A stretch of 64,000 nt of DNA from an uncultured Oscillospiraceae bacterium. GTDB lineage: Bacteria; Bacillota; Clostridia; Oscillospirales; Oscillospiraceae. The stretch covers positions 27,773 to 91,772 of the forward strand of contig CANRNU010000003.1 in assembly GCA_947632005.1 (NCBI GenBank), written 5' to 3'. The position numbers and the translations under genes are program-made. This document shows, piece by piece, positions 14,036 through 22,540 of this stretch. Position 1 is the first letter of the stretch. Each line of letters begins with the position of its first letter. The notes below the pieces were generated by a model, which saw nothing but the letters and a program-made list of their open reading frames with translations, had not been told where the DNA came from and did no database searches.

Positions 14036-14737
14036 ATGATGCTGTCCGTTGAAAACATCGACGTCTTTTACGGCGCCATCCATGCCATCAAAGGCATCTC
14101 CTTCCATGTGAACGAGGGCGAAGTGGTGGCCCTGATCGGCGCCAACGGCGCCGGTAAATCCACCACGCTGAAGACTGTCTCCGGCATCATGCATCCCCGC
14201 AACGGCAAGATCACCTTCCTGGACGAGGACATCACCCATACCGACGGCTACAAGCTCCCCGCCAAGGGCCTGGCCCAGGTGCCGGAGGGCCGCCGTATCT
14301 TCCTGCAGATGACCGTCATGGAAAACCTGGAAATGGGCGCGTTCATCCAGAAGAAGGTCCCCCCCGAGGACTATGAGAACGTCTTTACCCACTTCCCCCG
14401 GCTCAAAGAACGCCGCAGCCAGATCGCCGGTACCCTGTCCGGCGGCGAGCAGCAGATGCTGGCCATGGGCCGTGCGCTCATGAGCCATCCCAAGCTGCTG
14501 ATGCTGGATGAGCCCTCCATGGGCTTGGCGCCCATCCTGGTGGAGGAGATCTTCAACATCATCCGGGAATTTCATGCCTCCGGCACCACCATCCTGCTGG
14601 TGGAACAGAACGCCGAGATGGCCCTGCAGATCGCCGATCGGGCCTATGTGCTGGAATCCGGCAAGATCGCCCTGTCCGGCACCGGCAAGGAGCTGGCCGA
14701 GAGCGACGAGATCAAAAAGGCATATCTCGGAGGTTGA
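14036..14737 (+). CDS. livF: Branched-chain amino-acid ABC transporter ATP-binding protein LivF
   Basis: Walker A GANGAGKST, LSGGEQQMLA, Walker B LMLDEPSMGLAP. Confidence 0.95.
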   Translation: MMLSVENIDVFYGAIHAIKGISFHVNEGEVVALIGANGAGKSTTLKTVSGIMHPRNGKITFLDEDITHTDGYKLPAKGLAQVPEGRRIFLQMTVMENLEMGAFIQKKVPPEDYENVFTHFPRLKERRSQIAGTLSGGEQQMLAMGRALMSHPKLLMLDEPSMGLAPILVEEIFNIIREFHASGTTILLVEQNAEMALQIADRAYVLESGKIALSGTGKELAESDEIKKAYLGG

Positions 14738-14780
14738 AAAACAGCATGACCATTTGGTCATGCTGTTTTTCTTTATTTTT
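14737..14780 (+). terminator. Rho-independent terminator of the liv operon
   Basis: AAAAACAGCATGACC / GGTCATGCTGTTTTT stem followed by CTTTATTTTT. Confidence 0.85.
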
Positions 14781-14848
14781 GTTTTGTCGTATGGTAAAAT
14801 GTCCCTACGAATACGGAAAACACGACAGAATTCAAGGAGGGATCAAAC

Positions 14849-15157
14849 ATGGAAGAACTGAAGAAACTGATCGAGCAGCACCCTGAGCTGAAGGAGGCCT
14901 TTGACAAGCTGGTGGAGCTCAAGGGCAAGCTCTCCAAGGCAGATATCGAGGCGTTCCTGAAGGAGCACGGCCTGTCCCTGGACGGCATCACGGAGCTGAC
15001 GGACGACATGCTGGACGACATCAGCGGCGGCATCAGCATGAGAGAATTTGTCAATAAGGCGAAAGACACCGCTGAAAAGGCCATAAAAGCCTCGTCGCCT
15101 CTGATGGGCAGCAAGGCCAGCGCTCTGGGTTCCTTTTTGAACAAGGAGCAGAAATAA
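14849..15157 (+). CDS. Nif11-like leader / double-glycine peptide precursor (putative bacteriocin or RiPP precursor)
   Basis: 102 aa. Has its own extended -10 (TGgTAAAAT, 14792-14800), a strong RBS AAGGAGG (14834-14840) and a terminator. The 61-aa leader is helical and ends ...LTDDMLDDISGG, followed by a 41-aa Lys-rich, Cys-free core. Confidence 0.7.
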   Translation: MEELKKLIEQHPELKEAFDKLVELKGKLSKADIEAFLKEHGLSLDGITELTDDMLDDISGGISMREFVNKAKDTAEKAIKASSPLMGSKASALGSFLNKEQK

Positions 15158-15173
15158 GGACTTCCCGCCCGCC

Positions 15174-15216
15174 AAAAAGGACGCATGGAAAATTCCATGC
15201 GTCCTTTTTGGTTTTT
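15174..15216. terminator. Bidirectional rho-independent terminator between convergent genes
   Basis: AAAAAGGACGCATGGA-AAAT-TCCATGCGTCCTTTTT, with an A-run on one side and a T-run on the other. Confidence 0.85.
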
Positions 15217-15220
15217 GCAG

Positions 15221-16015
15221 TTATGCCAGCAGGACCTTATCGCTCTGGATAGAACTGCCGGATATCTCTGCGAACTTATCCAGCAGGTCCTTCATGGTCA
15301 GGTGCTTTTTCTCCTCCCCTGCCACGTCAAAGATGATCTTTCCCTCATTCATCATGATGAGCCGGTTGCCGTGGGCAATGGCGTCTTTCATATTGTGGGT
15401 CACCATGAACGCAGTCAGGTGATTCTCCCGGATGATGGTGTCGGTGGTATTGAGCACCTTTTCCGCCGTCTTGGGGTCCAGCGCCGCTGTGTGCTCGTCC
15501 AGAAGCAGCAGCTTGGGCTTCTGGAGCGTAGCCATCAGAAGCGTCAGGGCCTGCCGCTGGCCGCCGGAGAGCAGGCCCACCTTGGCCGTCATCCGGTCCT
15601 CCAAACCCAGATCAAGAGTCCTGAGCTGTTCCCTGTACTCATCCTGCTCCTTTTTCGTGATGCCGATGCGCAGCGTGCGGCGGGCACCCCGGCGCTTGGC
15701 CAGGGCCAGATTCTCCTGGATCTCCATGGTAGCGGCGGTGCCGGTCATGGGGTCCTGGAACACCCGGCCCAGGTACTTGGCCCGCTTATACTCCGGCAGA
15801 CCGGTCACATCCTGGCCGTCAATGAGGATGGAGCCGGAGTCGATGGGCCAGACGCCGGCGATGGCGTTCAGGACCGTGGACTTGCCCGCGCCGTTTGAGC
15901 CGATGACCGTAACAAAATCGCCCTCGTTCAGGTGCAGGCTGATGCCGTTCAGGGCGTGCTTCTCGTTCACCGTGCCGGGATTGAAGGTCTTGTAGATGTT
16001 GTTCAGATCAAGCAT
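15221..16015 (-). CDS. ABC transporter ATP-binding protein (COG1101 type, partner of a PF04392 SBP)
   Basis: Walker A GSNGAGKST, LSGGQRQAL, Walker B LLLDEHTAALDP. Sits in an operon with the permease and SBP below. Confidence 0.9.
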   Translation of the reverse strand: MLDLNNIYKTFNPGTVNEKHALNGISLHLNEGDFVTVIGSNGAGKSTVLNAIAGVWPIDSGSILIDGQDVTGLPEYKRAKYLGRVFQDPMTGTAATMEIQENLALAKRRGARRTLRIGITKKEQDEYREQLRTLDLGLEDRMTAKVGLLSGGQRQALTLLMATLQKPKLLLLDEHTAALDPKTAEKVLNTTDTIIRENHLTAFMVTHNMKDAIAHGNRLIMMNEGKIIFDVAGEEKKHLTMKDLLDKFAEISGSSIQSDKVLLA

Positions 16016-16973
16016 CCGTCTTGACCTCCTTTTTCGTCTTGGTGAAGTACTTCTCCTTCCAGTACGGCACCGACAGGAACACCGCCACCACCAGAGCCGT
16101 GAGCAGCTTCAGATCGGTCGCTTCAAGGCCCATGCGCAGCACCAGTGTGATGACCACATAATATATGATGGCGCCGATGACGGAGGACAGTAGCTTCAGC
16201 GCGAAATTACGGAACAGCTTATCCAGCAGCACCTCGCCGATGATGACAGCCGCAAGGCCGATGACGATGGCACCGCGCCCCATGTCGATGGTGGCACTGC
16301 CGGAATATTGGGCAAGAAGCGCTCCGGACATAGCCACCAGGCCGTTGGAGACCACCAGGCCCAGCACCTTATTCATATCCGTGTTGATGCCCTGGGCCCG
16401 GCTCATGTTCTGGTTGGCACCGGTGGCGCGAATGGAGCAGCCCAGCTCCGTGCCGAAAAACCAGTACATCAACGCGATGACGACCGCCACGATGATGGCC
16501 AGCACCAGCAGGGGATTTCTGGCAGCGATCTCCCGCACATAGCGCGAAGACACCACAAGAGGGTTTCTGTCCACATTCAGCGCCAGCGTGGCCTTGGTCT
16601 TGGCTGCGGCGTCCCCCAGCGTGAGCACGTCCCCAAGCGCCATGATCCGCAGGTTCAGGGAATACAGCGCCAGCTGTGTCAGGATACCGGCCAGGATAGC
16701 CGGAATGCCGCACGCCGTGTGTAGCAATCCCGTGGCAAGGCCAGCCAGCATACCGGCCACTACCGCGGCCAGCATCGCCAGCCAGGGGTTCCACCCCAGG
16801 GTAATAAGCACCGCGCAGACTGCCCCGCCGGTGGCCAGGGAGCCATCTACCGTCAGATCGGCCAGGTCCAATATCTTATATGTGAGATATACGCCGATGG
16901 CCATCAGACCCCAGGCCAGCCCCTGCCCAAACGCGCCGGGCAGGGATTTTACAAAGGAGAGCAGGAAATTCAT
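16008..16973 (-). CDS. ABC transporter permease (COG4120 type)
   Basis: 321 aa, polytopic. Overlaps the ATPase start by 8 nt. Confidence 0.88.
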   Translation of the reverse strand: MNFLLSFVKSLPGAFGQGLAWGLMAIGVYLTYKILDLADLTVDGSLATGGAVCAVLITLGWNPWLAMLAAVVAGMLAGLATGLLHTACGIPAILAGILTQLALYSLNLRIMALGDVLTLGDAAAKTKATLALNVDRNPLVVSSRYVREIAARNPLLVLAIIVAVVIALMYWFFGTELGCSIRATGANQNMSRAQGINTDMNKVLGLVVSNGLVAMSGALLAQYSGSATIDMGRGAIVIGLAAVIIGEVLLDKLFRNFALKLLSSVIGAIIYYVVITLVLRMGLEATDLKLLTALVVAVFLSVPYWKEKYFTKTKKEVKTDA

Positions 16974-17088
16974 ATGGTATCTTTCCTCCGATGAAAGGGA
17001 TTATGCGACGTCTTTCAAAGCAAAACGCAGCGGAAAAGGAAAGACCTTTTCCGCTGTTATTTGCGGGTTTGCCGTGATGGATCGCCAG

Positions 17089-18138
17089 TTATTCGGCAGC
17101 GTCTTCCGCGGGCTCTTCCTCCGCGTCAGCCTCGTCGGCAGCCTCTCCCTCGTCAGAGGCTTCCTCTTCGGCCCCGATCGCCACATAGTCGTCGGGCAGC
17201 TCGATACCAAGGGCTTTGCAGTTGTCGGCATTGTACTCCTTGGTGACCTCGGGCGCATACTGAATGGCCATCTCTTCCACATTCGCCTCGCCCTTGAGGA
17301 TCTGCACGGCCATCTCGCCGGTGGCATAGCCCAAATCATAGTAGCTGATGGACAGCGTCACGCAGCCGCAGCCGGAGCAGATGCCCTCCTCACCGGCAAC
17401 CACAGGCACGCCGGCGGCCAGGACTACGTTGGCAATGGCCTCGGTGTTGGCGGCAGCGGTATTGTCGGTGGGTACATAGATCACGTCAGAGCCGTCGCAG
17501 GCGCTCTGCACCACGCTGGGCAGATCGTTCACGTCGTTGAAGGGGAACGCCTCACAGGTGTAACCAGCATCTTCCAAATAACCCTGGATGGTGGTGATCT
17601 GGTAGATGGAGTTGGCCTCGGCGGAGCAGTAGAGCAGACCCACGGTCTCTGCATCGGGGAAAAGCTCCGCCAGCATGGCTGCCTGCTCGTCCAGAGGGGC
17701 CAGGTCGGAGGTACCGGAGATGTTGTTGCCCACAGTGCCGGTCCAGTCTTCACCGTTGATGCCCAGAGCAGTGGCATAGTCGGTGATGGAGGTGCCCAGG
17801 ATGGGGATGGTATCGGTGGCAGCGGCCGCCTTCTGCAGAGGAGAAGTGGCGTTGGCCAGGATCAGGTCCACATCGTTGGCGACGAAGCCGTCGATGATGG
17901 TGCCCACAGCGGAGTCCTCGCCGCCGGCGTTCTGCACGTCGATGTTATCCTCGAAATCCTCACCGAACGCGTCGACGAGAGCGTCCACGAAGCCCTGGGT
18001 GGCGGCGTCCAGCGCCACATGGGGAGCCAGCTGGCACACGCCAACCTGGAAGTCGGCTGCCTCGTCGTCAGCAAAAGCCACGGCGCTCAGAGACAGGACC
18101 ATGGTCAGCGCCAGTACGATCGCAAGTACCTTTTTCAT
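17089..18138 (-). CDS. ABC transporter substrate-binding protein (ABC_sub_bind / PF04392-like)
   Basis: Signal peptide MKKVLAIVLALTMVLSLSAVAFA, then ...FQVGVCQLAPHVALDAATQGF..., typical of this family. Acidic C-terminal tail EEEASDEGEAADEADAEEEPAEDAAE. Confidence 0.85.
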   Translation of the reverse strand: MKKVLAIVLALTMVLSLSAVAFADDEAADFQVGVCQLAPHVALDAATQGFVDALVDAFGEDFEDNIDVQNAGGEDSAVGTIIDGFVANDVDLILANATSPLQKAAAATDTIPILGTSITDYATALGINGEDWTGTVGNNISGTSDLAPLDEQAAMLAELFPDAETVGLLYCSAEANSIYQITTIQGYLEDAGYTCEAFPFNDVNDLPSVVQSACDGSDVIYVPTDNTAAANTEAIANVVLAAGVPVVAGEEGICSGCGCVTLSISYYDLGYATGEMAVQILKGEANVEEMAIQYAPEVTKEYNADNCKALGIELPDDYVAIGAEEEASDEGEAADEADAEEEPAEDAAE

Positions 18139-18200
18139 CTTGTTCTGTTTCCTTTCGATACTGATTTTGGGCGCGATTGCGCACTTTTATATACATCGGT

Positions 18201-18263
18201 ATTCTAATGCTTTAAATGGCTGATGTCAATGTGCAGTTTCCCCAAAAACCACACATTGACATC
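18201..18263 (-). promoter_or_regulatory. Sigma-A-like promoter overlapped by a 12-bp perfect inverted repeat
   Basis: Minus strand: TTGACA (18229-18224), 17 nt, TAGAAT (18206-18201). The -35 lies inside one arm of GATGTCAATGTG-N18-CACATTGACATC (18222-18263). Confidence 0.45.
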
Positions 18264-18299
18264 ATTTTTGTTGATGCAATATCTCCTACCTGTGGCCGC

Positions 18300-19526
18300 T
18301 TATTTCAGCACCACTTTCCGGTAGTTCTTTTTGCCCCGCCGGAGCAGCACGCCCTCCCGGAGCTTTTCCGCCGGGACCGCCAGGAACAGGTCGGTCACCT
18401 TTTCCCCGTCCAGGGTCACGCCGCCCTGGGAGATGTTCTGCCGGGCCTCGGAGTTGGACTTCACCAGCCCCGCCTTCACCAGCAGCACCTTCACGTCCAT
18501 CGCCCCGTCGGTGAGATCGGCTTCGGTCAGCTCCGTCACAGGCATCTCCTCCCCGGAGCCCGCCCCGAACAGGGCCCGGGCGGCGGTCTGGGCCTTCCGG
18601 GCCTCCTCCTCGCCGTGGACCATCTTGGTCAGCTCATAAGCCAGGATCTCCTTGGCCTCGTTGATCTTCTGGTCCTTCCAATGGTCCATCTCCTCGATCT
18701 GGTCCATGGGCAGGAAGGTGAGCATGCGGATGCACTTCATCACGTCGTCGTCGCCCACGTTCCGCCAGTACTGGTAGAAGTCGTAGGGGCTGGTCTTGTT
18801 GGGGTCCAGCCACACGGCGTTGCCGGCGGTCTTGCCCATCTTGTTCCCGTTGGAGTCGGTGAGGAGCGTCACCGTCATGGCATAGGCGTCTTTGCCCAGT
18901 TTCCGGCGGATGAGCTCCGTGCCGCCCAGCATATTGCTCCACTGGTCGTTGCCGCCGAACTGCATGTTGCAGCCCAGGGTCTGGAACATATGGTAGAAGT
19001 CATAGGACTGCATGATCATGTAGTTGAACTCCAGGAAGCTGAGGCCCTTCTCCATCCGCTGCTTATAGCACTCGGCCCGAAGCATGTTGTTCACGGAAAA
19101 GCAGGCGCCCACCTCCCGCAGCAGGTCCACGTAATTGAGCTGCAGCAGCCAGTCGGCGTTGTTGGCCATCATCGCCTGGCCGGGCCCCTCGCCGAAGTCG
19201 ATAAAGCTGGCCATCTGGCGCTTGAAGCACTCGGCGTTATGGTCGATGGCCTCCCTGGTGAGCATCTTGCGCATATCCGAGCGGCCGGAGGGGTCTCCGA
19301 TCATGGTGGTGCCGCCGCCGATGAGGGCAATGGGCTTGTTGCCGGCCTGCTGCAGCCGCTTCATGAACGTCAGCGTCACGAAGTGCCCGGCGGTCAGGCT
19401 GTCCGCCGTGCAGTCGAAGCCGATGTAAAAGGTGGCTTTGCCTTCGTTGATAAGGTCCTTGATTTTGTCCTCGTCCGTCACCTGGGCGATGAGCCCGCGG
19501 GCGACCAGTTCATCATACAGGGTCAT
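18300..19526 (-). CDS. tyrS: Tyrosine--tRNA ligase
   Basis: MTLYDELVARGLIAQVTD...FYIGFDCTADSLTAGHF..., a KMGKT (KMSKS-type) motif, and a C-terminal S4-like domain. Confidence 0.97.
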   Translation of the reverse strand: MTLYDELVARGLIAQVTDEDKIKDLINEGKATFYIGFDCTADSLTAGHFVTLTFMKRLQQAGNKPIALIGGGTTMIGDPSGRSDMRKMLTREAIDHNAECFKRQMASFIDFGEGPGQAMMANNADWLLQLNYVDLLREVGACFSVNNMLRAECYKQRMEKGLSFLEFNYMIMQSYDFYHMFQTLGCNMQFGGNDQWSNMLGGTELIRRKLGKDAYAMTVTLLTDSNGNKMGKTAGNAVWLDPNKTSPYDFYQYWRNVGDDDVMKCIRMLTFLPMDQIEEMDHWKDQKINEAKEILAYELTKMVHGEEEARKAQTAARALFGAGSGEEMPVTELTEADLTDGAMDVKVLLVKAGLVKSNSEARQNISQGGVTLDGEKVTDLFLAVPAEKLREGVLLRRGKKNYRKVVLK

Positions 19527-19538
19527 GTCTCGTTCTCC

Positions 19539-21227
19539 TCAAACCAATTTTAGTTTCCACGCATCTGCCGCAGCAAGCTGTTCCTCCGCGGAGGCAGTCG
19601 TCGTCTCGGTGATGTTGTCGCCGCCGGCAAGGCGGGCGATCTCCCGCCGCCGGCCGGCCCGGTCCAGCTCATCCACCGTGGTGTAGGTCCGGCCGCCCCG
19701 TTCCAGCTTCTCGATGAGGTACTGGGCGTCGGCCATGGCGGCGATCTGGGGCAGGTGGCTGACGCACAGCACCTGCCGGTGGCGACCGGTAAGGGCCAGC
19801 TTCTCCCCAACCCGGCTGGCCGCCACGCCGGACACGCCGGTGTCGATCTCGTCAAACACCGCCGTGGGCACCGGGTCGTTCTGGCCGAACACGATCTTCA
19901 GGGCCAGCATGATGCGGCTGAGTTCGCCGCCGGAAGCGGCCCTAGCGATGGAGCGTGGGTCCTCGCCGGTGTTGGCGCTCATGAGAAACTGCACTCTGTC
20001 CGCACCCTTGGGGCCGAATCCCGGCTCGCCGCCTAAGGGGGCAAATGCCGTCTCGAACCGGGCGGAGGGCATGCTCAGCTCCTTCAGTTCCCGTTCCACC
20101 CGCCTGGCGAGGGTCTCACCCGCCTTTTTCCGGGCTTTTGTCAGCGCCGCCGCCGCCGTGACGCAGCCCTTTTTCAAGCTCTCCCGTTTCTGATAGAGCT
20201 TTTCCAGGGCCTCGCCGCTGTACTGGATCTCCTCCAGCCGGGCTGCGGACTCCTCATAGATCGTGACCAGCGCCGCCTCATCCAGGGCGCCGAATTTTTT
20301 CTCCAGCCGCCGCAGCTGGGCCAGCCGCCCCTCCACCCGGTCGAATTCCTCCGGGGAGAAGTCCAGGCTGTCCCCCACGTCCCGGATGCGCTCGGCGGCG
20401 TCCTGCAAAAGGCCCACCGCTTCGGCCAGGGCGTCGTCCGCCGCGGCCAACTCCTCGCTCCAGCCCCGGGCCCGGCTGAGCCAGCCCCGGGCCTGTCCGG
20501 CCAGCTCCACGGCAGAGCTCTCATCCCCGTACAGGGCGGTATAGGCCCCTTCCGCGGCCTCACGGAGCTTTTCACCGTTTCTGAGGAGGGCCGAGCGGCT
20601 CTCCAGCTCCGCCTCCTCCCCGGCTTTCAGCTCCGCCTTCTCCAGCTCCTGGACCCGGTATTCCAGGCTCTCCGCCAGCCGCCGGCGGGTCTCGTCGTCC
20701 AGGGAAAGGCGCTCGATCTCCCGCTCGTTGGCCTGATACGCCTCATAGGCAGCCCGGTAGGCGGACAGCTCCTCCTCCGCGCCGGCAAAGGCGTCCAGGT
20801 AGTCGATGTGGCGGCTCTCATCCAGCAGCTGCCGGCCATCGTTCTGGCCGTGGATGTCCACCAGCAGGGCCCCCAGGGCCCGAAGCTGGGACACGGTGAC
20901 GGGCACCCCGTTGACCCGGCAGGCGCCCTTGCCGCCGGCAGACACGCTCCGCTGGACGATCAGGGTCCCATCCTCCGGCTCCACGCCGTTTTCCTCGCAC
21001 CAGGCGGCAGCCGGGTCCGCGTCGAACACCGCCGCGGCCAGGCACCGGTCCGCCCCGGTCCGCACCAGTTCCCGGCTGGTCCGCCCGCCGGTGACGGCGT
21101 ACAGCGCGTCGATGACGATCGATTTTCCCGCGCCGGTCTCGCCGGTCAGCACGTTCAGCCCTTCCCGGAACTGGACGTCAGCCCGCTCCACCACCGCGAT
21201 ATTCTCGATGTGGAGGCTCCTGAGCAT
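19539..21227 (-). CDS. recN: DNA repair protein RecN
   Basis: MLRSLHIENIAVVERADVQFREGLNVLTGETGAGKSI...; long coiled-coil region; C-terminal ...ASGGELSRIMLAL...VFDEIDTGVSG. Confidence 0.96.
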   Translation of the reverse strand: MLRSLHIENIAVVERADVQFREGLNVLTGETGAGKSIVIDALYAVTGGRTSRELVRTGADRCLAAAVFDADPAAAWCEENGVEPEDGTLIVQRSVSAGGKGACRVNGVPVTVSQLRALGALLVDIHGQNDGRQLLDESRHIDYLDAFAGAEEELSAYRAAYEAYQANEREIERLSLDDETRRRLAESLEYRVQELEKAELKAGEEAELESRSALLRNGEKLREAAEGAYTALYGDESSAVELAGQARGWLSRARGWSEELAAADDALAEAVGLLQDAAERIRDVGDSLDFSPEEFDRVEGRLAQLRRLEKKFGALDEAALVTIYEESAARLEEIQYSGEALEKLYQKRESLKKGCVTAAAALTKARKKAGETLARRVERELKELSMPSARFETAFAPLGGEPGFGPKGADRVQFLMSANTGEDPRSIARAASGGELSRIMLALKIVFGQNDPVPTAVFDEIDTGVSGVAASRVGEKLALTGRHRQVLCVSHLPQIAAMADAQYLIEKLERGGRTYTTVDELDRAGRRREIARLAGGDNITETTTASAEEQLAAADAWKLKLV

Positions 21228-21233
21228 ACGCCT

Positions 21234-21689
21234 TTACCTCTTGTAGGCCCGCCGCAGCTGCGCGCACAGCCGTTCCGCCGCCGCGGCGTTGCGCAGCACG
21301 ATGATGGCCGTGTCGTCTCCGGCCACGGAGCCCAGGATGGAATCCTCCCCCATGGCGTCGATGGAGGCGCAGACGGCGCTGGCAAGGCCCGGCAGGGTCT
21401 TGACCACCACGGTGTGCAGCGCGTGGTCAAAGCCGATGCAGCCCTCCCGGAAGATCTCCTCCAGGCGGCGGGCAGCCTCTCCGGCCTCGTCCTGACCGGC
21501 CTGGACATAGCGGTAGCGTCCGTCGGGGCCGATCTCCTTCACCAGGCGCAGCTCCTTGATATCCCGGGAAACAGTGGCCTGGGTACTCTTCACGCCCCGG
21601 GCCAGCAGGGCCTCCAGAAGCTGTCCCTGCGTCTCGATGCTCTCCTGGCCGATCACGTCCAGGATCACGCTCTGTCTGGATGTCTTCAT
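21234..21689 (-). CDS. argR: Arginine repressor
   Basis: MKTSRQSVILDVIGQESIETQGQLLEALLARGVKSTQATVSRDIKELRLVK...GDDT; 151 aa. Confidence 0.93.
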   Translation of the reverse strand: MKTSRQSVILDVIGQESIETQGQLLEALLARGVKSTQATVSRDIKELRLVKEIGPDGRYRYVQAGQDEAGEAARRLEEIFREGCIGFDHALHTVVVKTLPGLASAVCASIDAMGEDSILGSVAGDDTAIIVLRNAAAAERLCAQLRRAYKR

Positions 21690-22540
21690 GCTCTCCCTCC
21701 CAATTTCTCAAAAGCCGTCTCATAGAAGCTTTTTGTTCCAAGATCCGCCATCAGCAGCCGGTACCCGGACTTGGTCACCACCACCCGGTCTCCGTCTGCC
21801 AGGTCCGTCATGCCCCGGCCATCCACGCTCAGCACGCACCGCCGGCCCTCGCCCACGTCCGCCGGCAGCACGGTGATCGTGCGCTCCGGGCTGAGGACAA
21901 AGGATCGGGCCGCCAGCATATGGGCGCAAATGGGGGTCAGGACGATGGCCTCCGCTCCCGGCTCCACCAGCGGGCCGCCGGCTGCCATGGAATAGGCCGT
22001 GGAGCCGGTGGGCGAGGACAGGATCAGGCCGTCGCCGGAAAACGCCAGGATCTGCTGCTCATCCCCCAGGGCCGTGAGGTGCACGTTCTGCACGATGCCG
22101 GAGATGACCGCGTCGTTGAGGGCCGTGTCGAAGAATATCCGCTCTCCGCCGCGGCATATCTCCACGTCCAGCATCATCCGGGGCACCGGCCGGAACCTGC
22201 CCGCTGCCGCGTCCTTCAGGAGGACGGCGCTGTCCCGGTCCAGTTCCGTGAGAAACCCCACATGCCCCAGATTCACCCCCACCAGGGGCACGTCGTGGCG
22301 CATCACCTGGGGCGCGATGCGCAGGATGGTCCCGTCGCCCCCCAGGGTCACCAGCAGGTCCGCCCCGGCCAGGGCCTCGTCCAGGTCCGTCACAGGAAAG
22401 GGCGGCGCCGTCTCCGGCTCTCCGCACACAGGGCTCACGATCACCCTGTGGCCTTCCGTCTCCAGCATGGTCCGGATGCGGGCCGTGTAGGACAGGTCCC
22501 CATCCCGCTGGACATTGGGACAAAGAACTACCGTACTCAT
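21686..22540 (-). CDS. nadK: NAD+ kinase
   Basis: GGDGTILR motif, ...NLGHVGFL...; 284 aa; ATGA-type overlap with argR. Confidence 0.93.
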   Translation of the reverse strand: MSTVVLCPNVQRDGDLSYTARIRTMLETEGHRVIVSPVCGEPETAPPFPVTDLDEALAGADLLVTLGGDGTILRIAPQVMRHDVPLVGVNLGHVGFLTELDRDSAVLLKDAAAGRFRPVPRMMLDVEICRGGERIFFDTALNDAVISGIVQNVHLTALGDEQQILAFSGDGLILSSPTGSTAYSMAAGGPLVEPGAEAIVLTPICAHMLAARSFVLSPERTITVLPADVGEGRRCVLSVDGRGMTDLADGDRVVVTKSGYRLLMADLGTKSFYETAFEKLGGRA

